A stretch of 41,007 nt of DNA from Atractiella rhizophila (lineage: Eukaryota), in contig MU271593.1 of assembly GCA_021432655.1 (NCBI GenBank), forward strand, positions 1 to 41,007, read 5' to 3'. A program made the translations under genes and the position numbers. Shown here piece by piece: positions 13,037 through 29,449 of this stretch. The number at the start of each line of letters is the position of its first letter. Position 1 is the first letter of the stretch. The notes below the pieces were generated by a model. It did not search any database, was not told the origin of the DNA, and worked only from the letters and a program-made list of their open reading frames with translations.

Positions 13037-13813
13037 ACCCCTTTCTTTCTGGTTTATTTCGTTATTTCTTTTTGGTTTGGTTCTTTTTTCGACTTTCTTG
13101 TCTATACGCACCTTTGTACTGAAATCCACCACACTTACATCAGTTGGTCACTCACTTTAAACACCTCGAATAGTCAGGTGTTAAATGGCTGCTGACGAAA
13201 GCGAGAACGAAATATACAATGATGCCTTGATACCAGGCGTCGTTTGTTTCTCTCTGAGACTGCGTTTGGTTGCGACACAACTTAGATCATATTATTTTAA
13301 GGTAGAGCAATCAACATGACGGCCAGTATCGATATGTGCCAAAAGTTAGACATGCTGAAATTTGGCTGGAAGAAGAGAAACAGCATCATGATGATTTGAA
13401 ATTACTTTGGTTGCTTTCTCTCTTTCCTGCACTGGCATTGGTTCTGGTTCGTGTTGGTTGCGAGTTGCATCTGCTACGAAACGTAGTCGTGTCACGTCTC
13501 GCTTGCATGTATGATCATCTCATCATCACTTCGCACTCCCCATCCCCCTTCAGTACAGTTATCGCATTCACCATTTGCCCTGAATCACAAAAGCATGTCC
13601 CACTCGCAAAAGTACAGACTGGCTGGGCGATGCTAGCAGATAGTGAATTGCAGGACAACAACTCGAAAGCTAAATACTACACGCGATGTAAACAAAGCTC
13701 GTCAGTTAACAAATCATGAAGGTAAAGTTTGAGTCAAAGCGCTTGAAACGCATGACGACGAAAATCAAAGTGAAAAGGAGACGTGACAAGAATGGACGGT
13801 ACAATAAGTATCT

Positions 13814-14340
13814 CTATTCCTCCGAGGCTTCTTCCTCTTCGTCATCCTTGGGAGCAGCCTGACAACGATGAATCAGTGTGTGCCCGAATGTGAGATAACG
13901 CAAAGGACTGACATCATAAGCTTTCTTTTCCTTTTCATATCGCTTCTTGTCTGCATCGGCCATATCGACGTAAGGCTATAGTTGCGAATAAGCAACTGTA
14001 ATGGGAATAGATAGAGTAAGGACTCTACCTTTTTCTCTGCATCATCGAGCTCCTTCCACTTAGCTCCTAAGATTTTACCCATTTCACCTATTCCCAGAGG
14101 CATAGCGATGAACCCCCACCTCTCCTTATATTATGAAAGAGACGGCGAACCAAAGGTAGCCTCGGGATTCTCAGCTTTGACACGCTCCCTCCAGTCCTGG
14201 CTGAAAAACATGTAGGCTGACAAGCCTTTCTTCGGGGCGTTAGGGTCCTTCTTCTTGCTCTTAGCCTCCTTCGTGTTCCTCTTCTTAGCGCCCTCGGTCG
14301 CCTTCTTCGTGGTCTTGGTCTTGGTTGTATCTTTTGGCAT
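13814..14340 (-). CDS. NHP6: Non-histone chromosomal HMG-box protein Nhp6, 4 exons
   Basis: [72 protein letters not shown], then an acidic tail [14 protein letters not shown] and stop. Confidence 0.95.
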
Positions 14341-14596
14341 AGTGAATCTTTGTGCTAGCGAAAAACGGTAAACATGACAATTTCGAAAAAGATTGGATTT
14401 TTGGGGTCCTTACCTGTTGCTGTGTAACGAGAGGTCCAGATGACGCGTGATATTGGTGGAAGGAACGCTTAGAAAGTACCTTTAACACAAAAAATCGTCA
14501 GTACCTATATCGCGTCTGCAAGCGAGGGAGTGCAGCGTACAGCTTTTTGGCTGGGTGGACGCTCTGCTGAGAGGGGCAGCCTTATTGTGAGCCCTG

Positions 14597-18434
<3,838 letters not shown>

Positions 18435-18869
18435 AAAGCAACATCGGAAATGTATCATTTTCTCTGAACTGAAATATAATCGTGACTGTGGAACCAATTA
18501 TGCACCAGTGCAATCGGAAATTGAGAGATATTCCTCACTCGTGAACAATTTCTCAGCGTCGACCTAGTTGAATCTGGTGGAATTTCACGAGTTTACTGGT
18601 TTAAAGCACAGATCAGATCCTTGATATAATCATGATAATATAACACAGTAGCCAATGTTCATATTGCAATGCAAAGGAGTTGTGACCATGAGTCATGTGC
18701 AAGTGAAGGAGGTAAACTCAAGATTCGTCTTATTACTTTCACCGACTTCTTCGTTGTGTTGTGAGCTCATGAACCCGTCTGCAATTGTGACCACTAACTA
18801 TTACAATACTAGTAAAACACTGGTTGGACCACAAACCGCCAGCCCAGCAATGCTCCTAGACTCAATCTG

Positions 18870-21523
18870 ATGGACACGACACCGCAACGCCCTGCCTCCC
18901 CTCAACAACCTCCTCAGCGGACGTCATCATCGTCCTTGTTTTTCTTCCTGTTTATCACCTTTTTCCTGCTGACATCACAATCGTCCTCGTCCCTCGACCT
19001 CATCGAACTCAAGTATCGCGAATTCCTCCAGCAGCGTGCTACAGAGAGAGACGAAATTGGATGGGGCAATTGGACATCTAAAGCTCTGGATGGGGAGTCT
19101 GGACGAGCTGGCGGGGAGGAGGTAACGGCTCTCGCTGCACCGTTGGTGGCTGTGGAGCAGGGGAGCTATTGGAGGAACCTGACGGGATTCTTGAAGGGCG
19201 AGTGGCACGTGAGGGAGATGGAGTGGGAGAAATTGGGGCTGGTAGAAGCGTGGAATGAAACGGTGAGGAACCCGGCTTGGGAGGTATTGAAAGATGCGAA
19301 TTCTACGACTGGCTCTCAAGAAGCTCAGTCGGTAGCCGTGACTGCTAGTGTGCCAGAGGCGTCTTCTACCGGAGAAGAGAAGGAGGGCAGTCCCGCTCAA
19401 GAGTTCATCACTCACACCATTAACATCACATCTTATCGTGGCTCCCATAACTGGACAGCAGGCGGAAAACTCAATTTCAACATTAGAGAAGTTGGTCGCG
19501 CCGACCTCCTCAACCAAAGCGTTATTGGTCCGGACCCCCCACCTGAGGACTTTTATAACCTTCGTGTTTGTTTCTCTCCTCCACGTTTCCCGTCACCTAT
19601 AAATTTGTTTTGTTACACAGGGCTCACTCGAAGTTGCACTCCCTACCACCTCTTTCTCATACCAACTGGAGGGCCTCCACCAACTCTCAACGGGCAGTAT
19701 GATTTTCGTCACCTCTCCAGATCCGCGGACCATATTAGGCTTCCTACCTCCTGTATGGGACAACGCGACGCAGACGGCAGCTATTGAAACGCTGAAAACT
19801 GGATACGATTATCGCATACAGAAGTTACAGCGAATGATTGATAGCAAGCAATGGCCGGATGATGGGGATGACGACGAAGACGGAGAGAACAAGTGTCATT
19901 GGATGGGATGGGGGAGGATTAGAGGATTCGGAAGACCTGTACCCGAGCGCATTGTGGAGTTGGAGGAAAAGGTATGCTCTTTCCTTTCGTCCCTGTTTTA
20001 GCAACCAGGAAGTCAAAATGGACATTTTGTGGTGGAAAGGAACGCCACGAACCATCCGGACTGAGATTGCCACAACTGAACGAGCCAGTCATGGATTGGA
20101 TGATGTATTCGAAAGAGTGTGGAATGGTCATTCAGAGCACAGAGAAAGGAGTAAAGTCCCTAACCTTCGACAGTTTCTGGTCCAAGGTATGTTGTCCCCA
20201 CCTCTGATTGCGTTGTGATGCTAATTTATGGAGAACAGGGCCTTCACTACGCTGTTGTTTTCGGCGTTGTCTCGTTCATCCAGACCCTGCTCCTCGTACG
20301 ACAGATGGAACAGCGGAGCTCTCCTGCAGTATTGTTTCCTTTTCCTCCTCAATAATTATTGACACTGGTCGCAGAATATGGCAAAAATCTCCCATCTCAC
20401 TATTCTGGTGCAGGCTGTTATTGACGCCTATTCTCTGGCCATGCACCTGACCCTGAGCGTCGTCACAGGTTCTTTCTTTCTGCCTCCTTGCGACAAAGTT
20501 AATGCTAGAATAGACAATCGCTCAACAATAGCTTTCCTCATTCCATCGTTTTTCTCTGGCGTAGGTAGCATGGTGTTCGGTCTACGCTATGCTGCACACA
20601 TCCGCATCCTCTCTTCTCCAGCACCGACAAATGCTCCACCTACTCCTCCACCCCCCACAGTCGCTCCACCGCCCAGTATTTCCGCCGGTGGACTACCCAC
20701 TCCTGTCACACAGTCGCGAACCGATAATGACGACGACGCCATTACGCTGAAAGACGTGGGAAAGTTCCTCATCATTCTCGCTCCCATCCTGAGCATCGTG
20801 GCGTTCATCACGTTGTGGGGATTTGTACCTTTCTTCGCTATGCTCATGTATTCTTTTTGGAGTAAGTTATTTCCTCGCATAACTTTGAGTAAAGCTGACT
20901 GCAGTACGGCATTGAATCAGTCCCTCAGATCATTCATAATTGCCAGTATGGTCAAAGACGCATGGGCTTGAAGAGAGAATTCATCTTCGGAACGACTTTG
21001 TGTCGCCTTTTCCTCCCTCTCTACTTCTGGGGCTGTCCAGACAACATCCTCTTCATTGATTCCTCAAGTATGCATCCATGTCCACTTCGAGGAAGCTAGC
21101 GTCGCTGACTGCAGAGGTTCTTCAGACTCCGTCTTCTTATTAGTGCTGTACCAAGGCGCCCAACTTGCTATTCTCCTACTGCAGGACAGCTTCCATCCCC
21201 GATTCTTCCTTCCATCCTGGTGGAGAGAAGAGTCATACGATTACCATCCGATTATGCTAGCAGATGCAGAGAAAGGGACGAGCAAAGTGAGCCATGAATG
21301 TGGAGTTTGCTTTGAGAACGTGGATCTGCGGCCGACGGAGAGGAAGGGATATATGGTACGTTCTCTCATTTTACAGCAAGCTGTTAACTCATTCTGTGAA
21401 CAGTGCACGCCTTGTCGTCACATCTTCCACACGAAGTGTCTCACAACTTGGATGGGCATTAGGATGACATGTCCCATGTGTAAAAGTACCTTACCCAACT
21501 ACTACTCATTCATAGATTCGTAG
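18870..21523 (+). CDS. TUL1: Transmembrane RING-H2 E3 ubiquitin ligase, Tul1/Dsc1-like
   Basis: N-terminal TM (LFFFLFITFFLL), lumenal YWRNLTGFLKGEW, YSKECG, several TMs (AKISHLTILVQAVIDAY, YSFW..PQI, LLLQDSFHPRFFLP..YDYHP), C-terminal CGVC..TPCRHIFHTKCLTTWM..CPMCK. Confidence 0.87.
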
Positions 21524-21615
21524 TTTTAATTGTATCACCATTTTTCATTCCCTGTATGTTCCTCGTAATTGACAGCATTTAAGCCACGAAGAGCATTGAG
21601 AGTGCTACAACACCG

Positions 21616-23524
21616 TCAGACTACAACCAAATCTTCATCCTCGTCATCATCCCGAGACTGGAGGCTCCTCATGCGAGAAGAATGAACCAGGTCTTTGTCC
21701 TTCATTCTACGCTCATAGTCAACGACAAGCAAGGTACAGCTCGGAATAAAAACCTGTTCTTTGGAGCAATGGGATTGAAGCCCAGGATTTTGAGCGTTTC
21801 TTTGGGGAAAGCGTGGTGCCGCCTGTTGTCCACTATGTCTGGATCCTTCGTCTCGGCGAATTTATCACTTTCATCCGCCTCCGTCTTTCGCTGAGACCGC
21901 AAATACTGAGCCCCCACCGTCTCATCTCTCTTATTCTGCAGTTGTGAGCGCAAGAGCGCATCCAACTCCGCCTGTTGAATCTGTGCTGACTTCTTTCCAT
22001 TCGAGACTGGAGAGTCGGACTGGATGGACTTGACGCCCCGTACCCCTAAGAAGGACTTGATAGGTTTCGCTTGACCTGCAACAGCATAGACTGCAACCCC
22101 CGATATGTAAGTTTTGCCTTGACCTTGCTTACTCGAGCCTTTCTGAATCATTGATGCAGGCCGCACGGACGGAGCATGACCCTTCGTAGTACGCAGCTGA
22201 CCCTTAGTCCGAAATGTGTCTGTCGAAGAGTTTCTAACAAGACAGCGGTTAGGTCGATTCGAAGGTGTGAGCAAAACTTACCCAGAAAAGAACTCGGATC
22301 GATTCGAACGAGCGGTCTTGACGGCACGATTGACGTGATAATCGCAAGTCGTACTCACCCGCCTACAGCAACTCTCAGTCAAAGCCCATCATTGGGAAGG
22401 AAATCACTGACAAATCGCACCACGAACCGCACGCTTCTCCATCAGCTTTGATGGATTGACAGTGACCCAGATCCTTAGCTGTGCCGATGAGAACGATAGA
22501 GTCTGCACCTTGGGGAGTAATCGACAGCAGCCCAGATCGGATGGTCGTCTGCCTCGTAATCAATTAGAATTCTGCATAAATTGCAAGACGTACTGAAGGA
22601 ACCTGCGTAATTCTTGGGTTCAGAATCGCAATCAAACTTCCGTTTGCGGACTTCCACCATCGCTCATAAGCCCCTCCACTGCCACCCTTGTACACCCTCG
22701 TCTTGTTCCCCTCTTCGTCTAGCCTCTCGTCACTTTGCTCAGACTCGAAAAGCGAGACGTTGACGATTGCGTCTCCTTTGGCCGGAGAGCGCATGTTTAA
22801 CAATTTGAAGGAGATGTAGCGTTTTGGCTTCGTAGATGAACTAGATTCCGATGACGTCGTCATTCGTACATCGCTCTTCTCTGCTATCACTCCAAGAACC
22901 ACGAAGTCTCCAGCAACGGGCACGTCCCATTGATTTGAGCCATTGACGGGACGTGCGACTGAGTACACAAGTTCTGGCGTGATGATGTAGCGACCTGCGA
23001 GAAGATCTTGTAGAACTTCGTGTGAAGTCTGTCGTGATCTAACCTAGCGTGAATGCTTGCTAGGACCAGAAAAACACGCTACCAACCGCAAACGAGTTCC
23101 AGTATTAGGCTCAATCGTGTGCCATGTTGGGTCATAATGAGGAGCGGTAAAGTCAACAGGTCCCATCTCCAGTTTCTCCATCACCGTGAGGTCCTCGTTG
23201 CGGGTAGCGAATGCACTAAACATGGCTATAATTCTCATGAGTGCGTAGTAGACGGTCCTTACTCGACATGCTCCGGTGCAGTCCGTTCTTCCGACTTTGC
23301 AGAAAACTTGGTAGACCGCACAATGTTCGCTATAGATGGTCGTGACGATGCGCGAGCTCGTAAAAGTTTCTCAGCCAGGTCCGTATCATCTGAATACACG
23401 GCATGTCAGAGCGTGCTTGTCAGGCGGAGGAGAGTAACCCAGGCTGCGTTTGCGTTTTCCTGCACGCAAGTTAGTTTAAGTCCTTGCTGTAAAAGCACCC
23501 ACTGTGTAACCTATCTGACATCAT
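21616..23524 (-). CDS. MCM10: DNA replication factor Mcm10, multi-exon (start codon uncertain)
   Basis: LEMGPVDFTAPHYDPTWHTIEPNTGTRLR, DVPVAGDFVVLGVIAEKS (OB fold), YKGGSGGAYERWWK..IAILNPRI, zinc finger IGTAKDLGHCQSIKADGEACGSWCD, and an acidic end DDDEDEDLVVV-stop. Confidence 0.87.
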
Positions 23525-23706
23525 CGCCACAAAGATTATCGAGGTTGAATATTGTTTCTTGCTGCTGGTGTTGACATGATCGCGTTCTCAACGCGCAGCA
23601 TGACTCATCACCAAAGAACGGCGACAACGCTTCTTCCTGCTTCTCTGTCTGGCCCTTTCTGCTTCCTGTTTGCGAGGGCTGAGTGTCCCTCGAGGCTCAG
23701 GCAGTA

Positions 23707-26465
23707 ATGGTGGATGATAGTGATTACACCACAGAGGTATGTCGCACATTCACCGTCAGGCCACCTGCTCACAAAAGCCAGGCGCTCACCACATTTGCTG
23801 AACTCGAAGAGAATAACTACCAGAACAAGTCACTGGGATGTACAAAGCATCAGGGAGAGGACATGGTCTGCGAATGCAGCTATAGTCCAGGTGAGTAAGC
23901 TTGCTTTAGGAACTAGCACGTGCGGCGTACTGAGAAGTCGCAAAGGGGAAGATGAGGAAGAGGAGGCATGTGGAGAGGGATCAGGGTGCATCAATAGACT
24001 GACCCAGATTGAGTGTCTCGAGGACGAATGCAGATGCGGCCCTTTCTGCCAAAATCAAAGGTTTGTGAAGACCACTTGCCCAGTTCTTGCATTGCTCAAC
24101 GCTCCGCCGTAAGGCGAGCAGGTTCCAGAAGCGGCAGTATGCCAATATTGATATTATCAAAACTGAAAAGAAAGGCTATGGAGTTCGCGCTGCCAGTGAC
24201 CTGCCTGCGTAAGTGGCTCCATTCCGAGCATTTATTGTCAATGACCGGACGTCTCCAGCGATGCCTTCGTGTATGAGTATGTCGGGGACGTCATCACTAA
24301 TCATACATTCCTCAAACGAATACGAGAATACGCTGATCAAGGTATTCGGCACTTTTACTTCATGCTACTCCAGAAGGACGAGGTGTGTTTAAAGCCTCAC
24401 GACTCATGAATTCTTTTGCTTCATCCTCTGTCGCAGTTTATCGATGCCACGAAGAGAGGAGGAAAGGGTCGGTTCCTAAACCACTCCTGCAAGCCTAATT
24501 GCTACGTTGCTAAATGGGTCGTCGGTCGCAAGTTACGCATGGGCATTTTTACGAAACGTGACGTTGCGCAAGGGGAGGAACTGACTTTTAACTACAATGT
24601 AGACCGTTATGGGTGCGTCCCAAGCATTCTATCGTTTTAGCGACTTTTTCTCACCGTGTTTACAGTCATGATCCACAAGAATGCTTCTGTGGAGAATCCA
24701 ATTGCGTTGGATACATTGGCGGGAAGACTCAAACGGATATCTCAGGGATGGACGACCTGTATCTCGATGGTGAGATTTGACACTCTTGGTTTTGCATAAT
24801 CTGAGGAGCTTTTATTTAGCACTGGGTATCACAGAGGAGGTGGAACAGTTAAGCTTGAAGGGTTCGAAGAAGAAGAAAGGGAAGAAGATGGATGACGATT
24901 ACATTGTAGGCCTATTTCTTTCTCACTCACAGAGTGTTAAATTCTCTGCAGCCAATTCTCAAGCCAATCGTACTGAAAGAAACCCCCAAAGTTGCCTCCG
25001 GCGTCCGACAGTCAGTCAACAGCCGTAGAATTTTGACCAAGCTGCTTTCTCGGATTAGGGTACAATCTCCTAGTGCTGTCTCTAATGCTCCCATGCTCAG
25101 AAACGAAAAATAGATGACCGCCGACGGAGCTGTTCAGAAACAGTTGATGCGACTACACGGCTTCAGTCTCATGAATAGTGTGTTGGACGAATGGCCAGCT
25201 GATGTTGACATTATACTTGAGGTAAGATACATGTTTCTTTGACGATCTTGACTAACATTCTCAAGGTCCTTCAAATTCTCTCACGTTGGGATCTAGTCGC
25301 TAAGAACAAGCTGCTCTCAACCTCGCTCGAATCCATTATCAAGAAGTATATCTCGTATGAGAGCGATCCAAACTTATCACAGTCTGCCACGGAGAATCCT
25401 TCGACAGAAGCGAAATGGAAGCAAGTGAAGGATCTTGCTCTCAGTGTACTTGCTTTCCCGTCTTTGTCCATGAATATGCATTCTCTAACGTCGGGCTTAC
25501 AGCTCGATTCAATTTGGAGTAACTTGGCAGTGGGCTATCGAATACCGAAGGGCATTCCAAGGGTGAGCCGTTAGGGTTAGAGGACTATGTTGAGATAGAG
25601 GCAGGCGCCGTCTCCCGAACCTGAACGTTGGATGTCCGAGCGCAAGCGGCAGCGGACCTATGACAATGCTCCTGTGGAATGGAAACGGTCACGAATCGAT
25701 ACAACGATCATTCAAAAGCCTCCTACGCCTATCATTGACTACCGCGCAGTTCAACCGCCAGATCTACCCCCGAATTGGTCATACCAACGAATGCCGATCA
25801 ACGGTAGACTGTATTTTTACCACGATTTCCTACGTATCACTCGTTGGGAGCCTCCGACTCCGGAAGAGGCAGCCCTTATTGAAGCTGAGATTATCGCCCA
25901 TACAAAAGCTGCTACAGCCCAATTGCCAGTCAACATAGACGACGTAGTCGCGCAAGCGAAAGCTGAAGAGGAGGCGAAGAACGCTCAGAGAGCTGCCACT
26001 GCAGCACCGCCTGCGGCGCAGTCAATCAACAAGGTGCCACCAAAAGAGAAAGAGAAGCATCATTCTGGTCCTTCTAAAACTCTCGATCGGGATAAGGAGT
26101 CATCGAAAGAGAAGCGCTTGTACAAGGTTTTCGGTCAAGTTGTTGTTGATACAATGTCACGGTATAAAGGGTCTTTTAAGGACAAGGAGCAATTCAAACG
26201 GCGGGCAAAAGAAGTGAGTATCTAACTCCAGTCTGATTACAAAGTCCCGCAGCCTAATTAGGATTCACAGGTGACAGAAATCTTGTGCTCAAAGGAGAAA
26301 AAGTCGCCCCATTACACCACTGAGACGTACATTGACCTTACTCCCGAAAAAGAAGCTAAGGTCAAGGCTTTTGTGAAAGACTGGACAAAGAAGTTACTCG
26401 CACGTCACAGCTCGTCGGCCAATCGTACCACTGATGGATTGAACCGGAGCTCTGAGACTACTTGA
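23707..26465 (+). CDS. SET2: Histone H3K36 methyltransferase Set2 (AWS-SET-postSET, WW, SRI), multi-exon
   Basis: [101 protein letters not shown] domain LPPNWS..YFYH..TRWEPP, SRI domain ending [11 protein letters not shown]. Confidence 0.96.
26022..26296 (+). repeat. 275-bp direct repeat, copy 1 (inside SET2; includes last intron)
   Basis: Identical by visual comparison to 27865-28139, from TCAATCAACAAGG to GTGCTCAAAGGA. Confidence 0.95.
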
Positions 26466-26538
26466 ACATCTCTCTTCAGTTTGTCACAGTAGATTACCTT
26501 GCAACAGCGTTCAAATTTCCTTCAGGTAAACCATCGTA

Positions 26539-27408
26539 CTAGTGGGCTAGTGGTGATTTGAGACCAAGCTCCTCGACTCTACCATCCATCAATGTCCATC
26601 TCTGCCCACTTGTCGGCGTGGCCACGAGGTCCGTGGTCTCTTTAAACTTTTGTCCCAACTTGAGAAGTATGTCAAGTGCTTTTCCGGCATCCTTCACTGG
26701 AGATTTAGACTAGAGGAGGCTTAGCACAGAGAACCGTCAGCTCCTTCGCTCCAATACCATTCAGAGATGAGGTACCATTTCTGTAACGTTGTAAAGTAGA
26801 TAAGGTGTGGTGTGCTATCATCCAATGTGCCAGGAAGGGATGATTATCATTTCAAAGCCGAACCCTTCCTGCAAGAGTGAGGCAGAGGAGAATATGATGG
26901 ATTGGAGCTCAAGTTTAAGTGGGTGAAAGGATTCCTTCATACGCTCTCAACCATTAACTCCGTCTGAGAAATGAAATCGTCTAAATGGCCCCATATTAGA
27001 CCAATTATGCCACATCCTAAGGCATAATTGGTAGGTATCCCTTCATGACGTAACTGGTCGACAATAAGGCAAAGTTTCCGAAACCTTGGAACAAACCTTA
27101 TATAGAAAGCACGACTGTTTGTACCACAACTCACCTATACTGCTGGGTACTTATATCGCTACCTACAATAACCCTTTCAAAAATATGAGCATACCACTAG
27201 AATACATGTCCTGTCAGCACCTTTCGAACTGTATAAAGCAAAGCTCATTTAAAATCGTTCTTATAACTGAGGCAAATGATTTCTTGGGCACTTTGGGCAA
27301 GATTTCCTTACCTACTCAAAGTATGTTGGTGAGGTATCACATTTGTAGTACAGTGTAGTCGGTATACATAGAAACTCAATGTAAGGTTGGTGCCAGTATG
27401 GTTAAATT
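26539..27408 (-). pseudogene. Spliced pseudogene of unknown function, convergent with SET2
   Basis: Phase-consistent exons 27196-27135, 27084-26943, 26868-26776 and 26709-26539 with GT-AG introns. Two adjacent in-frame stops (TGA TAG). A probable further exon at 27408-27312; the 5' part is interrupted by an LTR and the SET2 repeat. Confidence 0.6.
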
Positions 27409-27456
27409 CTGGGCATCAAAAATGCATTGATCAGTCAAAACACAGCATTAACATTG

Positions 27457-27700
27457 TGTTAGGGCTGACACTATGTGCGGTCGCCAACAGGCGATGTGTC
27501 TGTAGTGGAGGTAAACCTAAGAGAATACTCTCAGATCACCATCACTCCATCTCGATGTATATATACCCATGTAAGGGCACTGCCATAAACTGTAAAGTAT
27601 GTCTCTTGAAACATGTAGGATAGCTAGATCAGGAACATAACAAAGGGAATAATCGGAAATAATATTCTATTCCTCTAAGATTCATCAGTTCTTGGCAACA
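27457..27700 (-). mobile_element. Degenerate solo LTR, family A
   Basis: TGTT...AACA ends. Shares the core GAGTATTCTCTTAG..CTCCACTACAGA and TGGCAGTG with 29450-29919 and 35971-36384. No clear TSD. Confidence 0.6.
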
Positions 27701-27864
27701 GTCAGAAAATGCACTTTTGAGCCTTCATACCTCCCTCATGAGGCATATCGAAACGAAATGAATTACACCATCTTACTGCATATGCTTGCACCTTTCTGCA
27801 GCCGCAAGGAAATTTTATTCTAAAGGGAGTAAAAAATTACATTTCTTACTGAACTTGAACCCTA

Positions 27865-28323
27865 TCAATCAACAAGGTGCCACCAAAAGAGAAAGAGAAG
27901 CATCATTCTGGTCCTTCTAAAACTCTCGATCGGGATAAGGAGTCATCGAAAGAGAAGCGCTTGTACAAGGTTTTCGGTCAAGTTGTTGTTGATACAATGT
28001 CACGGTATAAAGGGTCTTTTAAGGACAAGGAGCAATTCAAACGGCGGGCAAAAGAAGTGAGTATCTAACTCCAGTCTGATTACAAAGTCCCGCAGCCTAA
28101 TTAGGATTCACAGGTGACAGAAATCTTGTGCTCAAAGGAAAAAAAGTCTCCACATTACGGTAAGGAGAGCTATATTGAACTTACACCAGAGAAAGAAGCC
28201 AAGGTAAAGGCTTTTGTCAAGGACTGGACAAAAAAATTGCTGAACCGGAACAACTCGTCAACACTATCCTCCAGCGGTCACAACAACGGTTTGATCCCAG
28301 AGCTCTCAGACGAATTGAGATGA
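27865..28323 (+). pseudogene. SET2: Second SET2 3' end (SRI domain): 275 bp identical to SET2, then a diverged alternative terminal exon
   Basis: No promoter or 5' exons. Intact acceptor at 28113 and open terminal exon [48 protein letters not shown]-stop. Confidence 0.88.
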
Positions 28324-28752
28324 ATGAATAATACCTCATGCACCTCATGCAGTCCACTGTTTTTTGACTGTATTGGTCTCTTGACTACACTGAATGTTCT
28401 ATTTATCAAAACATGCCTCTGGACAGAGGGTAATTTTAGAGTGCACAAAGTTTCAGAGCCCGCTCCTCGTCGAACTTGAAATTCCAAGTGAAACGTCTCT
28501 TGTTTCAAGTTCACGCTGATTTCCTCAGTCTAACGTAAGCAAAGGTTGTAGAAGTTTTCGTCGCTTTACGACTTCTGCCTTCTGCTCAACTCAAGTAAAA
28601 GCCCTTGATTGCATTTCATGTTACCCTGATGTCCTGAATTGCTTTCCTAGTCTCAAGGTCTTAACTGCCATTTAGATTCTGTCACACTTTTGTAGGTTTA
28701 CCGATATTGCAATCCATTCTAATTCTTTGTCCTTCTTTGTACTTTTGCAACC

Positions 28753-29433
28753 GTGAGAGAGACCGACTCGACATCATCACTGGAGCAGTGCCTAGCACGA
28801 TCTGACACGCTATTCTGCACGACGGCAACAACTCGTTCTGCCATCACCTTCCCATCACATCTCGATGTGAACAACTTGGCACCTAATCACGCCATTGTTT
28901 CCTTCATCTGGGAACATTGCTATATTGGACAGGATCCAATTCACAAATGACACCTATGCTGACGATGGAGATGGAACGTAGGGAGGGACGCGTCATCTGC
29001 TTTGCTGAAAGACGAGGAAGGGGCATCGATGTGCAAAGACAGCAGAAGGGCTGATGTGGATGGTCGGCATGAAGATGTGGAGGGGGAGTGGCTGTATGAG
29101 GCTGGATGGTCGTGACGGCTTGATGGCATGGCAGCGTGGCGGAAGTCAGTTGTTGCTTGGACTGACCCCGCTATCCTTGCTATGCTACACACCTGCAATC
29201 CAAAGTCAGTTGAGAAGAGATGTGGATGCCTTATTGACTTGAACAACTCACAATTTCTCCAAAAACCAAGCGAGAGGGCCAAAGGAGGTCTCGAAACTGT
29301 GCACTGGGGCTGGAGGAGGGATGGGAAGACAGTTGTCCGCACTCGCCGATTAGCTGTTTTCAAAGGAACTACCTCGAGGTCGGGAGTTGGCAAGCCTGTG
29401 GAGAGGATGCCGTGTTGGATAGTAGCCAGGTAG
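28753..29433 (+). pseudogene. Possible decayed ORF of unknown identity
   Basis: One reading frame of about 227 codons broken only by three TGA codons (28948, 28960, 29113). No recognisable motif. Confidence 0.25.
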
Positions 29434-29449
29434 GCTGAGAGGTGGAGGA

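Noticed and set aside
13336..13719. 127-aa ORF between the coiled-coil gene and NHP6
   Set aside because: GTG start, no motif, probably 3' UTR; no convincing ncRNA boxes.
23053..23574. 173-aa plus-strand ORF
   Set aside because: Antisense to the MCM10 5' exons.
27086..27358. Plus-strand ORF ending in CSTV, resembling a CAAX pheromone precursor
   Set aside because: TTG start, no repeated pheromone units, antisense to the spliced pseudogene, and no STE3 or homeodomain gene in the window.
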